Assembly: GCF_964204865.1 (NCBI RefSeq)
Contig: NC_135263.1
Location: 18,228,001-18,292,000, forward strand
Direction of reading: 5' to 3'
Origin: Styela clava
Taxonomy: Eukaryota
DNA: 64,000 nucleotides
Shown here: one piece after another, positions 61,101-64,000 of the stretch
How positions within the stretch are numbered: position 1 is the first letter of the stretch
Layout: every line of letters starts with the position of its first letter
The notes under the pieces: model-generated
Databases searched by the model: none
What the model saw: the letters and a program-made list of their open reading frames with translations, nothing else
What the model was told of the DNA's origin: nothing
Program-made: the position numbers and the translations under genes

Positions 61101-61942
61101 GCACTGGCTCTTGAATCGGTTATAACAGTTTTAGGATAAAATGGAATCTCTATTTTATGGACAAAATCACCCATAATTTGCCGCATAAAAACAGAATATC
61201 AAATGTTAAGATTTATATAAAAATTAATACCAAATAGAGCAAGATTTCAAATTCATACAGGATTATTGTCAATTTGACTAGATGGCATAAAAGGAAAATA
61301 TTATTTGTGTCTTACGGTGATATGATACGACGAAGTCTGACATCGCATTGAAGTCATCACGCAACTAGTTATTGTGCTTCTCACTTTATAAAAAATCGGT
61401 TAAAAGACTCGTTCTACATGATTCTCAAATTTTACCAATAAAACCATCAACGTTGATCGGTAAATGGTCTCAAAACGACTCAAATTAAAATGAGGTATAT
61501 TTTAACCACAGTCTTTCAATGAAGAAGATATTCTTTTTCACAAATTGCAAAACAGTTCCAATGTTAACTTTGGGGTGAAATTACCTAATATTCAAATCAA
61601 TAGAAACATGTCAATATGTCAAGCAAGATACACTAATAAAATAGGAATGCATTTACTTTTCATGCATAATTTTGGAGTAATATTTTAATCTACATCATGT
61701 TTAGGAGAAAGATTGATTTGAAAAAGAAGTTATTTGATAAAAATGACACAAGGTGGCTGATTTTGTTTTTCTGATCTTCTTTTAGGCGGCGATTACCTCA
61801 TCTTGTTTTTCTACTTCCCTACCCAGAAAACGAAAGTTTCTTTTTCTACTTCTCTCCCCACAAAACGACAGTTTCTTTTTTCTTATCAATTGATTGAATT
61901 GTTATTTTATTTTTTATATGATAGAATTATCTCCTTCCTCGT

Positions 61943-61949
61943 ATAAAAT
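61943..61949 (+). promoter_or_regulatory. TATA box of Ly6-like copy B
   Basis: TATAAAA about 105 bp upstream of the ATG at 62049. Confidence 0.55.
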
Positions 61950-62048
61950 AGTGGTGCACATACTGCACTGCACATATTGACTTTTCGGAAAGTTGAAACT
62001 ATCTTCTGTTTACTTCACAGTATCTACTCAACAGTGTAAACTGATAAA

Positions 62049-64000
62049 ATGTTGAAATCCACATTGACGTTACTTGTGCTTGTTTTTTGTAGTGTCGACA
62101 TTTCAAAAGGTGAGATATTATTACTTTAATACTTCTTTCCAACATGCCGTGTCGTGTCTATACGCCTTTATTTTCCGCCTGTTTTTTGGACGAGAACCGA
62201 ATACTGACCCACATGTATAAAAATTCTGCTATCCGCTGATACACAATACCAAATTCATCTATATGTAAGAAGTCACTGATGTAAATTATTACGAAAGTTA
62301 CATTATGTATAACTAAAGATGTCGTATGAAAGCAAATCCAAAATTAATTCTAGATATTTGTGCAATAGGTCATATTGTTAATAATATGACACGTAAGCGG
62401 ATTGCTCACCATCTTGAGCTTAGATTAATACTGGACAGTGATTAGTTTGTAATTCTCCTTGGACATAAATATCTCAAGCTTAAAGATTGGTTTATCAACT
62501 TACTATAGATTTGTCTTTGGAACCGATTTGATTATATTTATTGGATTGTAATTGTGATTTTTATCAGGTGGAACTTGCAAAAAACCGTTAAAGAATTAAA
62601 ATGTTCAGATAGATCACAGTAAATCATAATAAGTTTCCTTTCTATTTCCGTCTTACAGCCTTTCGATGTTGGAAATGTGACAACGCTTTGACGTTTGAAG
62701 ATTGCACCAACAGAGGACAAAGTGTAGAATGCGATGGCGAGAATGTGAGTGTTTTTATCAAAGTATATATTTTAAAATTTTTAAATATTTCCATTGTTCT
62801 CACAATCTATTTTTTTGCTGTCCATTCGGATAACCGGGGCCGTGATTGTTCATTTTGATTATATATGCTAAAATATTATCACAGTATTTGACGCAAATTA
62901 TTTAGTTGTTGTTGGCGCAAATAATATTAGAAATTAAGGCAACAGATATATCAAGATAAAGTCGTTGAGATTTATTTCATAATACAAACTTTTTTGTATC
63001 AGTTAAGTATATTGATCTTGAGAACTAACAGAAAAAATATTTCCAATCTCTGTTTCTCTTCTATTATAAGGTCGTTGATGTTTATTTTATGATACAAACT
63101 TTTTTGTATCAATTAAGTACGTTAATCTTGAAAATTAACAGGAAAAATATTTCCAACCTCTGTTTCACTTTTATTTCAACATCAGTGGTCGGCAAACTGT
63201 TTGTACTGTTGTACTAAGTATACTCGTTTTCAGTAGTGCACGGGCCGCATTAATTCCCGCCTATAAATAAACAATCACCACATTCTTCAACCACAAACTT
63301 CCCGTCTCACCAGAAACTCCTATTCTCCTATTGTGTTCAACGCCGGTCTCAATGAGACGTGTATTTAGCCGTTTCTCATTTAATATCATAAATATATATT
63401 ATTTTTATTTACTTTTCATCAATGTGAAGGATTATGTTAATTCATTGTTATGGGCTTGATGACCAAAGCTTTAGAATTAACTGACAAGTTGGTTGGTTAT
63501 ATCACTCAAATAGATTTTCAATAATGCTCACAAAAATATTTTCGAGAAAATTTGTTTGCGGGTCGCATAAGACTGACGGTCCACAGTTTGACGGACCCTA
63601 CTTTCCATTGATTTGTATATGACGCGGTTTTATTCACAATATCTACATAATAACATTTCAAATAAACATTTGCGATATGACATATCGGCCTAAACGCACG
63701 AGTTTTGCAAAGATGTATACCATTCAGTTTCATTAGAATATATCAGACAAATTTTACTCGTTTCACGATGGACCACGATGTTTTGTGGACAATCAAAACT
63801 TATTTTAACTTTAGTCGTTGCCTCCATATATAGATTATTCGTTTAGATAATTATAAGGCCTGTTGCCTTGGAGTACTCGTAAAATTTGTGTTCTTTAAAA
63901 GGGCGGGTGCTTCACCGAAATCAGATTTAACGTGGGTTTCATTCCACCAATCAGACTCACAACAAGATGCAAACAAGGCAATGAATGCAGCAAAAACGAA
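62049..64000 (+). CDS. Secreted Ly6/uPAR (three-finger)-like protein copy B, runs off the window
   Basis: Exons 62049-62109 (signal peptide MLKSTLTLLVLVFCSVDISKA), 62659-62744 (FRCWKCDNALTFEDCTNRGQSVECDGEN) and 63902->64000 (GGCFTEIRFNVGFIPPIRLTTRCKQGNECSKNE); splice phases 1 and 0 are compatible. Confidence 0.85.

Larger units (their letters stand above)
55580..64000. repeat. Large diverged inverted duplication (arms ~55580-58885 and ~60395->64000, spacer ~1.5 kb)
   Basis: Colinear reverse-complement blocks: 56180-56580 vs 63405-63775; 56700-57120 vs 62560-62940; 58140-58885 vs 60395-61275. Confidence 0.92.

Noticed and set aside
55580-64000. Giant foldback or Polinton transposon
   Set aside because: Arms are diverged, contain spliced host-type exons, and there is no transposase or TSD; a segmental inverted gene duplication fits better.

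Overview
AT-rich, intron-containing animal genomic DNA. It is most likely an ascidian/tunicate, which I infer from gene style, repeat families and the Ly6-type domain; this is not verified. Genes: multi-exon NFXL1 (+); KDM5 (-, intronless CDS) head-to-head with multi-exon POLR2C (+); a 4-exon MRPL30 (-) missed by the ORF track, whose stop codon lies only 24 bp from the POLR2C stop; Wntless (-, intronless CDS) directly upstream of MRPL30; GHITM (+, intronless CDS). At the right end, an ~8.4-kb inverted duplication holds two divergent small secreted Ly6/uPAR (three-finger)-like genes, one apparently decapitated. The rest is rich in transposable elements: a frameshifted Mutator with tandem-array TIRs and a 9-bp TSD plus its 187-bp MITE, a CACTA/EnSpm derivative, a decayed ISL2EU-type element (THAP in both arms, YqaJ-like nuclease, DDE), Tc1/pogo, hAT and Merlin-like MITEs, Helentron-like HINEs, tRNA-derived SINEs and LINE 3' ends. 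All exon and TE boundaries were read by eye; no database search was run.
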